A DNA stretch of 64,000 nucleotides from Schmidtea polychroa (Eukaryota): NCBI GenBank assembly GCA_044892525.1, contig CM097885.1, positions 8,992,001 to 9,056,000 on the forward strand, written 5' to 3'. Under the pieces are notes generated by a model that worked only from the letters and a program-made list of their open reading frames with translations, was not told the origin of the DNA and did not search any database. Positions 51,624 through 64,000 of the stretch are shown piece by piece. Positions within the stretch are counted from its first letter, which is position 1, and each line of letters begins with the position of its first letter. The position numbers were made by a program, and so were the translations under genes.

Positions 51624-52834
51624 GTTGGTGTAACAGTTATTTTCATAACACAAAATCTATTTCATCAAGGTGGTGCACATCGAACACTTGATTGATTTTC
51701 TTGCACGTCAAGCTTACCCTAATAACCGTAATTTTCTTATCAAAGCATTTCAAGTTGCTACGAAAATACCGCATGGATATATATTTCTCGATTTCACACA
51801 ACAATGTCCTGATGATATACGGATAAAAACAGATATTTTCAACCCAAAAGGTGCCATGGTTTATAAACAAAGTTCAAAACAAATTTGAAAACATATAAAT
51901 CATGTTTTCAAAAACAAGGATATCAGGTTAAAAACAACTAAAAGTTCCACCAACAACTAGTTATACTCCATCTAAAGAACTTATTACAGAAAATATTTCT
52001 GCAATGAATCTTATTTCGAAAAATCCTAAACCTCTAACCTAAAAGTAAAACAAGTAAGAAAGTAAAAGTTGTTAAAAATCATCGGAGTTTCCCGTTTTTT
52101 AATACATTGTTAAAGGCACCAAGTATGAAAAGAAACAGTATTTTGCAATCATTTCCAAATTATATTGTCGATATTATACTTAAAGTAGTCAAAGGCAAGA
52201 TTAAAATCAGTAAATCTAAAAAGCAATTACTGAGTAAAGAAAACCTTTGTTATCATTAGTAAATAATAAAAATCGTCAACAAATGAGAAAAATTATATAT
52301 AAACAACAAGGGAAATTTATCGGTGCATTGATACCTTTAGCAATATCATTATTAGGTGGAATAATAGGAAGTCGATCATAAACAATGAGTGCTAATCCTT
52401 CATTACCCGACATTAAATTTAATATTAAATCTTCTTGTTGTAATGGATAAGATTTGGACGAACCCCGAAGACGAAGCCGGTTTTGGTGGAGTCGCAAAAA
52501 TAAAGAAAAGAGTTCCGAATTCGAAAAAGGAAACCCAGAAGTTTGAACAGTTTGTACAGTTTGAACAAACCAATGCAGAAACGATTTCCAACAAGAGCAT
52601 ATAAAACATGGAATAAATGATTTATGGCAAATGGATTTGATGGAGATGATACCATATTCGAAAATTAACATTCGGTATAAATATATTTTAACATGTATTG
52701 ACGTATTCAGTTGGTTTGCTCGAGCAATACCAGTCAAGGTCAAAATCTGCAGATGAAATGTCAAAAGCTGTTAATAATTTATTTAAAAAGGACATCCTAA
52801 TAACTTGCAAACGGATTTAGGTAATATTATTAAA

Positions 52835-52911
<77 letters not shown>

Positions 52912-52918
52912 GATTATG

Positions 52919-52968
<50 letters not shown>

Positions 52969-54205
52969 AGGTAAAGAATTCTACAACAGTAAAGTCAAGC
53001 AAATCCTCAATAAATTGAATATAAACCATTACTCGGTACATTATCAATACAAAGCTGCTCATGTTGAAAGATTTAAATGAACATTGAGAGATAGATTAAA
53101 GAAATTCTTTGTACATCAAGGTAATAAAAAATGGATATTGGTTTTACCAAAAATAATAACCAGTTATAATCATTCATCACATCGAGGACTGAATAGATTA
53201 ATGCCGATTGATATCACTTCAAAAACATTCTATTCTACAAAACCTGTAAAAATTACAAAACCTAAATATAAAGTAGGTGACCATGTTAGAATTAGTAAAA
53301 TTAGTGCATCACCATTTATTAAACATTTCGATACAAATTAGAATGATGAAGTCTTTGTAATTTCAAAAGTAAATACTAGCCAGAGTCCTGTAATGATTGT
53401 CATCAAAGACAATGATAATAATATTGTACAAGGAAAATTTTATGAGCAAGAATTACAAGTTATTCCTCCTCCAAAAGTATTTAGAATTCAAAAGATATTG
53501 AAAACTAAAAAGGTCGGCAAGGATAAACAATACTATGTCAAGTGGCATGGATATCAAAACCCATCATGGATATCAGAAAAGGACCTAGTAAAGTGAATTT
53601 TTATACTATTTTACCAAGCAATAGTTGCCCATTAATTCATCCAGATAATCAAGCCAGCAAATTCATGGTCAATCTCCAGAATCCGATTTCTTTAAATGGT
53701 GACTGGGAAGTTGCACTGCAAGATTTTACATTCGTGTACAACACATTCCTATTTTATAGTCAATGTAAGATTTATTTCAAAAGATCTCATACTGCTTCCA
53801 GCTCAATTTTCAAAAACTTTGGTGTTACTTCATTGACTTTGTCTAAAAATACTGATTATAGAGAAACATATACTCAAGATTTCGAAAGTGATAATTACTG
53901 TGCTACATATATGCAAAGTATTGTTAGAAATCTGGGTTATTTAGATAAAAACTTGAATTGTGGAATAACTCTTGAAGAATTTAAAATCAAATACCCATTT
54001 TTCACATTTGTTTTAGCCCCCGAGTTTGATTTAAATCAGAGTCAACTACCACAAAACGTCAATTTACGACTGGATATAAAGTTTGCAAAGGCCATTACAG
54101 AACTGGTACATGTTATTATATATGGAGTATTGGAAAATGAAGTTCAAATTACTGCAAATAGAACCGTGCTAATATAAATGTAAACAGAAATATAGAAATT
54201 TGTCA
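51624..54205 (+). mobile_element. Older degraded Polinton copy: ATPase fragment 51624-51888, basic protein 51902-52381, integrase 52443-53596 (150-nt intron 52821-52970), penton N-terminus fused to MCP C-terminus 53593-54177
   Basis: Collinear with the reverse complement of 30.7-34 kb, with many substitutions, frameshifts, stops and internal deletions. Confidence 0.9.
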
Positions 54206-54207
54206 TG

Positions 54208-54525
54208 GTACGTCTGTGTAATTCTTCACAGAAATTATTAACATTCTGTTCGAAACCAACTTTTCGAAAATCCACGAAAATAGATGATGACCTGATTTCG
54301 GTTTTATTGAGGAAGGATTGTATCTGTTTGAATAGACCTAGTTACATTGCTCAAACTGTACTAGATTTATCCAAACTCAGGATGTACCAGCAGCAGTATG
54401 AACAGTTGCAAAAATATCGCGACGAATTCAACTGCGAAATTAATATTGTTTCTGCGGACAGAGATTCCTTCTTCTTGGCAATTAAACATTGTAGTCTTGA
54501 CATTCTTTTACCTGCGATGATTAGA
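54208..54525 (+). pseudogene. Fragment of the second-family polB; inverted duplicate of ~56692-57008
   Basis: RLCNSSQKLLTFCSKPTF...LLPAMIR is shared with the 56212-57036 ORF. Confidence 0.85.
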
Positions 54526-56211
54526 TACTCAGAGTATATATAATAAAACCAACTAACTTCATCAAATTTATCATTGAATCAGTCAAATTATCATAAATTT
54601 TGGTTTATTGGATGGATAAATTTAATCTTTCAATGCAACTACTCGGTAAAATTGTACAGTAATATTTATTTCAAATTTCAAGTACAGTGATTTACATTTA
54701 GAACAAAAATTTAATTATAACTTGTTTTATCAATAGATTTATAAATTATTTAGGGCCAAATTTTTTTACATGTCTTTTAGGGAAATATTTGTGATATTTG
54801 GAATTAAAGTTAGAATTATAGTCATTTAAAATCCTTTAATCAATTTGCTGACTTTAATAATTTTGTTCAATAAATGTCAATCGCAGGTATAATACAGAAT
54901 GGCTGGTGGCAAACCGTCGTCAAAGGAGCCTAGCCAGGATTCGTCGTACACGCTGGAGGAAAACACCACTGCTAGCCCCCTACCAAATCAGTTTCAAGGT
55001 TGCGAACCGAGTGGATTTGGTATAAAATCCATGGAATGATGGTTATCACCAGATGCGAACCGACCTCGCTAGCGGGAAGATCTGTCTCGCCACTCCCAAG
55101 ACGGAGGCTCTCCCAAATCCGGCCTTAGAGGCGAATGACGACAGTGCCGTCACCGCTACCCAGGACGCAATCCCGAACAGCCTGTAAACAGATCAAAAAA
55201 TTAGGTCAGGGGTCCTGGAAAATCCCAGTGGGAACACCCGGGTCTGATTAGACCCTACACTGCTCGCCGAGCTGAATGCATGGCACGCCAGGTCAGAACG
55301 AGAGTATAGAGCAGCACTCTCTGCCCAGGAGGCCAACCCCCGGAAAGTGGCCGACACCGTAAATCAGTAACACTGGCAACGGCCAACGGGAATCTGGCGC
55401 AAATAACAATCCCCGAACATAAAATATTGTGATTCGTTAACTTTTAACTTTTGTGTTGACTTAGTTATTATTAAACTGTTTGTTTAATCTTTATTTAATT
55501 ATAATTATCATGCATACGGAGAACATAAATAGCCAGCAAGGTGTTTTCGAAGTTTTATTGATAATTTAAAAATTTTTTTTTAAATAACAAAATAAAGACA
55601 TAGTATATAACAAAGAACTATTACAAAACAATTATAAATTACACGACAAAGACATATTACGTAACAAAGACATGTTATGTACCAAAGACATGATATGTAA
55701 CAAAGGAATATTACATAACAAAGTCATAAATTTAAACAAAGCCTTATTACATAAGAAAGACATTTTAACAAACACATAAATTAAAAAAAAACTGACTATT
55801 ACATAACAAAGACATATGACTCATAAATATTACGTAACAAAAACATTTTAACAAAGAAACATGACTCATCATACTTTTTAAATATATTACGTTGCGTTAT
55901 TTTAATTTTAAATATATTTTAAATACTTATTTTGACGCTAAAGTCGACAGAATAAAATTATTGCATATACTTTGCACATACTTTGCAATATTATTATTAT
56001 TATATATAGTCTGAGTTTATCCGACAAGATATTCTGTCCCCCTATGGGTACTGCTTACAAAGGTACTGCTAAAAAATATTCAAGGCAAAACTTTAACATA
56101 TTATTATTACACACACACACACATATAATGTATAAAAAATTGTTCACAAAGGTACTGCTAAAAATACTCAAGGCAATAAAATCAATACATTTATTAAATA
56201 ATTTAACCACA

Positions 56212-57540
56212 TCATTGAAAATAATCATGTCCAAAATAATTATCATCTGCTGGATCATGGAAATCATCTGGATCATCTGCTGAGACAGTTTCTGTTGAAT
56301 CTATAAATATATCGGTGTCACCTCCCCTATAATGGCCATATGCCAAACTTTGAATTTTATCCACCCAATTTCGCTTATCATCTCTACATGTCAAGGCTCT
56401 TTTATTATTTTTAATACCAAAAAGTTGGTGATTTTTCGATGTTATTCTAAATTGAGGGACTGTGTATATTTTATCGTTTAAATAACAATCTAGATACGAC
56501 TGATGTGTTAGTCCCTTAGCCTTCATACTTTCATCATCACCCATTAAACTGTAACATTTAGGTCTCAAGAATACCCAATCTTCATATAATAAACCTTTAT
56601 TCTCGTCTTTGAATTTACCAATGACAGAATCAAGGTTCCTACTATATAAAGGATGATTTGGGTCAAAATTCGAAGTATCTAATAATTGATCTCTAATCAT
56701 CGCAGGTAAAAGAATGTCAAGACTACAATGTTTAATTGCCAAGAAGAAGGAATCTCTGTCCGCAGAAACAATATTAATTTCGCAGTTGAATTCGTCGCGA
56801 TATTTTTGCAACTGTTCATACTGCTGCTGGTACATCCTGAGTTTGGATAAATCTAGTACAGTTTGAGCAATGTAACTAGGTCTATTCAAACAGATACAAT
56901 ATTTCCTCAATAAAACCGAAATCAGGTCATCATCTATTTTCGTGGATTTTCGAAAAGTTGGTTTCGAACAGAATGTTAATAATTTCTGTGAAGAATTACA
57001 CAGACGTAAATTAATACGTTTTTTTAAGATTTTCAACTGTCTTGCCGTAAAAGACTGTTGTTTAATAATTTATAAAAATTTTTATCAAGTTTATTTCTCG
57101 GCGCTGCTCGTAACACCGTATTTGTGTTAATATAATTTTTGAAAATTTTATCTTGTTTAAATTTAATTGCTCTATGAGTTTTTGATATTTTAACACCTAA
57201 TTTAATAAATATTTGCAGAAGCCTCCAATGAAGAACGTAGTTCATCTTGGGGCTGTGTGTAAGCAACATCTTCTCTATTTTCGAACCCGGTACACACATC
57301 TTTTCAGCGGCAACGGGAAGATCGTCCAGTTTGTCGTGAATTGACGTCGGTATTTCTAAATCCACGTCTATGGTATAACCATAATCAAGTAGATCTAAAT
57401 CTACCGTTGTGCACTCAACAATTATATTATTTAATAAATTATCATCTGTAACCCATTAAAAGTCAGTGCAAGGTAATGGTTGACTTAAAGCCCAACCATA
57501 TAAATTATTTATATCTATGTAAAGCAAAGCGGTATCCATC
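56212..57540 (-). pseudogene. PolB of a second, diverged Polinton family (stop codon and frameshifts)
   Basis: LLYIDINNLYGWALSQ, KLLNNS, GKFKDENKG, RPKCY; many amino-acid differences from the 27124 PolB; DTDS is mutated to DRDS. Confidence 0.9.
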
Positions 57541-57594
57541 ATGTTGTTGCACGATTTTTTTTTGTTGCAACTTTTTATTACGCAATTGTTCCAC

Positions 57595-59300
57595 ACTATA
57601 GTGAGGGGGTCTCGATGGTCCTGGGATTTTCAATACAAAAAATTTTTTTCAATACAAAAACGATGGTCCTGGGATTTTCAATACAAAAAAAAATTTTTCG
57701 ATACAAAAACGATGGTCCTGGGATTTTCAATACAAATAAAATTTTTTCTATACAAAAATCCGACTACCAATAAAAAAGCATGGAATTTTCAGACTATAGT
57801 GAGGGGGTCTCGATGGTCCTGGGATTTTCAATACAAATAAATTTTTTTCAATACAAAAATCCGACTACCACTAAAAAAGCATGGATTTTTCTAGGTCAAT
57901 TCAGGTGGGTCTCCTTGGTCCTGGGATTTTCAATACAAAAAAAATTTTTCAATACAAAAAGCTGGTCTACACTAAAAAAGCATGGTAATTTAAGGTCTCA
58001 GGATTTTTTCAATACAAAAAGCTGGTCTACACTAAAAAAGCCAAGGATTTTTCAGACTATAGTGAGGTGAGTCTCCTTGGTCCTGAGAAAAAGGTGGTCT
58101 ACACTAAAAAACGTGGTAAATTTTTTCAATTAAAGTAAATAATGGTCCTAAAAATTTAAATTACAGTAAATTATGGTCCAAATTTTTCAAATACAGTAAA
58201 TTATGGTCCTAAAAAATTAGATTACAGTAAATAATGGTCAAAAATTTAGAATTACAGTAAATTATGGTTCTAAAAATTAAATTACAGTAAATAATGGTTC
58301 TAAAAAATTAAATTACAGTAAATAATCGTTCTAAAAATTAAATTACAGTAAATTATGGCTCAAATTTTTGAATTACAGTAAATTATGGGTCTAAAAAATT
58401 AAATTAAATTAAATAATGGTCCAAATTTTTCAATTACAGTAAATTATGGTCCTAAAAAATTAAATTACAGTAAATTATGGTTCTAAAAATTAAATTACAG
58501 TAAATAATCGTTCTAAAAATTAAATTACAGTAAATTATGGCTCAAATTTTTGAATTACAGTAAATTATGGGTCTAAAAAATTAAATTACAGTAAATAATG
58601 GTCCAGATTTTTCCATTACAGTAAATTATGGTCCTAAAAAATTAAATTACAGTAAATTATGGCTCAAATTTTTCAATTAAAGTAAATTATGGTCAAAATT
58701 TTTGAATTACAGTAAATTTTGGGTCTAAAAATTAAATTAAAGTAAATTATGGTTCTAAAAATTAAATTAAAAGTAAATTATGGGTCTAAAAATTAAATCA
58801 CAGTAAATTATGGTCCTATAAATTTAAATTACAGTAAATTAAATTACAGTTAATTATGGTCCAAATTTTTGAATTACAGTAAATTATGGTCAATAATTAT
58901 GAATTACAGTAAATTATGGCCAAAATTTTTTAATTACAGTAAATTATGGTCCAAAAATTTAAATTAAAGTAAATTATGGTTCTAAAAATTGAATTAAAGT
59001 AAATAATGGTCCAAATTTTTAAATTAAAGTAAATTTAAGTTCTTAAAACTTAAATTAAAGTAAATAATGGTCCAAATTTTTCAAATACAGTAAATTATGG
59101 GTCAAAAAATTAAATTACAGTAAATTAAGGTTCTAAAAAATTAAAATAAAGTAAATTAAGGTCAAAATTTTTAAATTAAGTAATCAATGGTAAAAATTTA
59201 AATTAAAGTTAAATAAGTAAATTAAAGTAATAATTTTTAAATAAGTAAATTAAAGTAAATTAAAGTAATAATTTTTAAATAAGTAAATTAAAGTAATGTA
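57595..59300. repeat. Two adjacent tandem arrays: GGTCCTGGGATTTTCAATACAAAAA-type (57595-58110) and ~30-bp AATTACAGTAAATTATGG-type (58125-59300); short related copy at 14325-14575
   Basis: Direct. Confidence 0.9.
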
Positions 59301-59619
59301 ATAAGTAAATTAAAGTAAGATTTTAAAATTTATTAACAAAAAGTTGAAGGTGTTTGAGAATTGAAATTTTTTAATGAAAATTTTTATGGAATAATTTTTT
59401 AAGTAATTTTTAATGGAAATTTTTATGAAATAACTTTTTAAGTTAATTTTTAATGGAAATTTTTATGAAATAATTATTTAAGTTAATTTTTAATGGAAAT
59501 TTTTATGAAATATTTTTCAATGATAATTTTAGATTGAAATTTTTAAGATAATTTTTAATGAAAATTTTTATGAAATATTTTTCAAAGACAAATTTTAATA
59601 ATAATTCAACAACAAACCA

Positions 59620-61340
59620 ACAACTTAGTACCAACAACCAGTAACGTACGAACATGTATTAACAACCAGATACCTACAACTAGTTACTAACAACTAGATA
59701 CCAAGTACCTACAACTACCTACCCATTAACTAGCAACCAAGTACTAACAACCAGGTCTCAAACAACTAGATACTAACAAACAGTTACCAAGTACCTACAA
59801 CCACCTAGCCATTAACTAGCTACAACCACCTACCCATTAACTAGCTACCAAGTACTAACAACCAGGCCTCAAATAACTAAATACTAACAACCAAAAACAT
59901 GCAACCAACTTGCTACCAAGTACTAACAACCAACAACAACCAGGTACTAAGCATTAATTACCAACTACTAAGTACCTACAACCTACAACTAGATACCAAG
60001 TACTATCAACCAAAAACAACCAACCAACTAGGTACTAGATACCAAGTACTCACAACCGACAACAACCAAGTACTAAGCATTATTAACCAACTACTAAGTA
60101 CCTACAACCTACAACTAGATACCAAGTACTATCAACCAAAAACAACCAACCAACTAGGTACTAGATACCAAGTACTCAAAACCGACAACAACCAAGTACT
60201 AAGCATTATTAACCAACTACTAAGTACCTACAACTAGATACTAACAACCAAAAACAACCAACCAACTAGGTACTAGATACCAAGTACTAACAACCTACAA
60301 CAACTAGGTACTAAGCATTATCAACCAAGTACCTAAAACCACCTAACAAGTACATACAACCAACATCAACCAAGTACTAAGCATTAATTACCACCTACCC
60401 ATTAACTAGCTACCAAGTACTAACAACCAGGTCTCAAACAACTAAATACTAACAACCAGTTACCAACTACTAAGTAGCTACAACCAACTAGTTACCTGAT
60501 ACCAAGTACTTACAACTAAATACTAACAACCAGTTACCTGATACCTAGTACTTACAACCAACAACAACCAAGTACTAAGCATTATCAACCAACTAAATAC
60601 TAAACACTAACAACCAACCAACTAGGTACTAGATAGCAAGTACTTACAACCAACATCAACCAGATACCTACAACTAGATACTAACAACCAGTTACCTGCT
60701 ACCAAGTACTTACAACTAGATACCACGTACTAACTAACTCTCAACCCCACCTACCCATTAACTAGCTACTAAGTACTAACAACCAGCTAACAACTAGATA
60801 CCAAGTACTTACAACCAACATCAACCAAGTACTAAGCATTATCAACCAACTAAATACTAAGTACTAACAACCAACCAACTAGGTACTAGATACCAAGTAC
60901 TTACAACCAACATCAACCAGGTACTAAGCATTATCAACCAACTACTAAGTACCTACAACCAACTAGCTACCACCTACCAAGTACTAACAACCAGTTACCT
61001 GATACCAAGTACTAACAACCTACAACAATTAGCTAACAACTAACTACCACCTACCAAGTACCTACAACTAGATACTAACAACCAGTTACCCATTAACTAG
61101 CTACAACCAGCACTCAACTAGCTACCAACTACTAAGTACCTACAACCAACTAGCTACCACCTACCAAGTACTAACAACCAGTTACCAACTACTAAGCATT
61201 AATATCCTACAACTAGTTACTAACAACTAGATACCAAGTACATACAACCAGACACTAAGCATTATCAACCAAGTACTAACAACCAAGTAACTTGCCTAGT
61301 ACTAAGCACTGTCAACTAGATACCAAACACTTACAACCAG
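59620..61340. repeat. Degenerate CA-rich satellite (ACCAAGTACTAACAACC / CAACTAGATACC)
   Basis: Direct; includes a ~123-bp higher-order repeat at 59930-60240. Confidence 0.9.
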
Positions 61341-61654
61341 ATGACCACATGAAATTATTGGTTAAATATGAAAATAAGGATTATATTTAGTTGTTAAGTA
61401 AATTATGGTGTAAAATTAAGAAATAAAGAATAATTAGGTAAATTAAGGATAAGTAAATTAAAGTTAAAAATTTTAAATTAAAGAAAACAATGGTTCAAAA
61501 TTTAAAATTAAGTATCCAATGGTTCAAATTTTAAATTAAAGCTAAATAAGTAAATTAAAGTAAGATTTTTAAATTTATTATCAAAAGATTGAATAACCAC
61601 CAACTTTTTTGAGAAATGTAATTTATAATGAGAATTTAAATGGAAATTTTAATG

Positions 61655-61700
<46 letters not shown>

Positions 61701-64000
61701 TCAACAGTTCCCAACAATCGGTTACTAAATATTTTTAACTAGATGCTAATAAATAAATACCAAATACTTTCAACATGATCCCACATACTAACTAACTAAC
61801 TCTCAAACAACCAAGTAAAAACAATCAAGTACCAACAATCAACTAAATATTCTTTATTGTATTTTATGAATTGTATTTTTTATACAGCTTCTATAATAAT
61901 TTTAATTACAATCAGTAGAAAAACCTTTTCAAAATGTCTAAATTTAACAAAAATGTTGATTTTCATCAAAAAACCACAGCTCAATCACTTTAAAACACCA
62001 CGTGAAATTCAAAATAATTTAAATTACAATGAAAGACTAATGAATTCTAATTTACAAAACATTCTTCTTTTAAATGATAACTACTGACTTATTATTGCAA
62101 TGTAAAAATCGCATTCAATAAATACTTATTGTTGATCAGTTTTATTATATATACTCTGAGTTTATCCGACAGGATGTTTTGACCCCCTAAGGGTACAGGT
62201 CGTAAGGGTACTGGTCGTAAGGGTATTAGTCGTAAGGGTACTGGTCGTAAAGGTACTAGTCGTAGGGGTATTGATCACTCTCAATCCCCACCTACTCATT
62301 AATTAGCTACCATGTACTAACCACTAGGTTTCAAACAACTAAATACTAAACACTTACAACCATGTACTAACAAACACCATCAAAACCCATCGAGAAATTA
62401 ACAAATATCAACCTACAACTAGATACTTACAACCAGATACCTGCTACCAAGTACTTACAACAAGATACCAAGTACCAACAATCAACTAACCACACATAAA
62501 AATAATAGCAATTAAATACAAAATATTCTTCATCACATACAATATCTTCTTATTAAAATCTAAAAAGTCAATCAGATACCAACTACCAAGTACCAAGTAC
62601 TAACAACCAACTACCTAGAACCAACAACTATGTACTAACAAATTGATCTTTAAAAGAAAAATACTCATCACTTGAAAAATTAGATGGAAAATTAATTGAA
62701 CTCAAGGCATCAATAACTAGGTAAAAATTGATTAAATTATTGTAAAAATTTAAAATATTCGAAATAAATATCATAAAAATTTAATTAATGGTCAGGAAAA
62801 AATTCTAGTCATCAAGTAAATAAAAAAAATATTGATCATTCAAGTTGAATCAACTAAGATAATAAATTAATAAGATAAGATCTAGTAGATAATTGATTTA
62901 GATTGAATAAATTAATTGAAATAAAATTAATTTTAAGTATTTTTTTAAAAGTAATACATGTACTCAAATTGATTGACTGATTTCTCAATATATTCAAAAA
63001 AAATCAGTATAAATTCATTACAATTATCAAAGTCAGCAATCTACAATAAAAATAATTATCATAAAATTCCAAAAGAGACTGATAACTAATGATAACATCT
63101 AATAAACCAGTAAATTTATTTAAATGACAATAATTGGTATATCCTAGTGAATTCTCCAATTTCTCATTTCCTCCCAAATATATCAATATGTAAAGATTGG
63201 TATTGTAATGATAAATACTTGTTAAAGATCATATATTCACCTCAAACTAACAAGATTCCTTAAAATCCCTTAAATGACTATATTTCTATCCTTAATTCAT
63301 ATTATTACAAATATTTCACTAAAATCATCTAAAAAGCATCAAATTTCATTGAAATAACTCTATCTTTTAAGATTGATATTTTAATGATAAGTACTTGTTA
63401 AAGATCATATATTCCCCTCAGACTAATAAGGTTGCTTAAACTCCCCTTTAAATGACTATAATTCTAACTTTAATTCCTATTATCATACATGTTTCACTAT
63501 TGATAAAACCAGTTATAATTAAATTTTTGTTAATCACTGTAAATTTTTGTAAATCACTGTACTTGAAATTTAAAATAAATATAACTGACTAGGTCCCATT
63601 GAAAGATTAAATTTATCCATTCAATAAAATATATTTCTTCAAATGGTCAACTTTTGTCGTTGTCCGTCTAAATAAAGATAAAATTAATTTAAAGTTGATA
63701 TCAATCCCATTTATCTGTAAAGTTTTCATCGTCAAAACCAAGTAAATCGATCATTATCCCTACTTAATAGAACATTGTTCTAAAACATAAATATAAATTA
63801 ATATACAATGAATTAATCACAAACTAATAAAACAATATAATTATTATTGATACATAACTGACTAATTGACATTTCCCTTAAAACAATGATATTTTACCAA
63901 CATCACCATTAAAAAAATCATATATTCCCATCTTAACCCATGTCTCATTAAATTTAACCGACTATATTCCCATCTTAACCAATCCTTCATTAAATACAAT

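Noticed and set aside
59899..60237. 112-aa repetitive ORF
   Set aside because: Chance open frame in a CA-rich satellite

Overview
AT-rich eukaryotic (animal) genomic DNA. The host may be a planarian-type flatworm; this is inferred from ~50-nt introns, abundant (AAT)n tracts and a TRAF-like gene, and is not proven. About 0.5-13.6 kb holds the 3' part of an intron-rich CHD3/4/5 (Mi-2) chromatin-remodeller gene with MITEs in its introns. About 14.3-59 kb is a nest of rearranged, partly deleted copies of an endogenous Polinton/Maverick (adintovirus-like) DNA virus: protein-primed PolB, chromodomain-bearing rve integrase, A32/FtsK packaging ATPase, penton, major-capsid and PZ remnants, and an adenain-like protease. 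The most unusual observations: (i) the element carries a compact TATA-binding-protein (TBP) homologue, frameshifted in this copy; (ii) five element genes contain predicted short GT-AG introns that restore a start codon or a catalytic motif, including an (ATT)n-filled intron inside the integrase D-x-G-x-E-F motif whose length differs in all three copies; (iii) the accessory genes share a CCAAT/TATA promoter layout with near-constant spacing; (iv) an IAP-type RING gene is amplified 4x in tandem inside a 4.3-kb inverted repeat. Also present are a minimal hammerhead ribozyme motif, a Ty3/gypsy fragment, a host TRAF-like gene and satellite arrays. No copy has an intact major capsid gene, so none is an autonomous virus.
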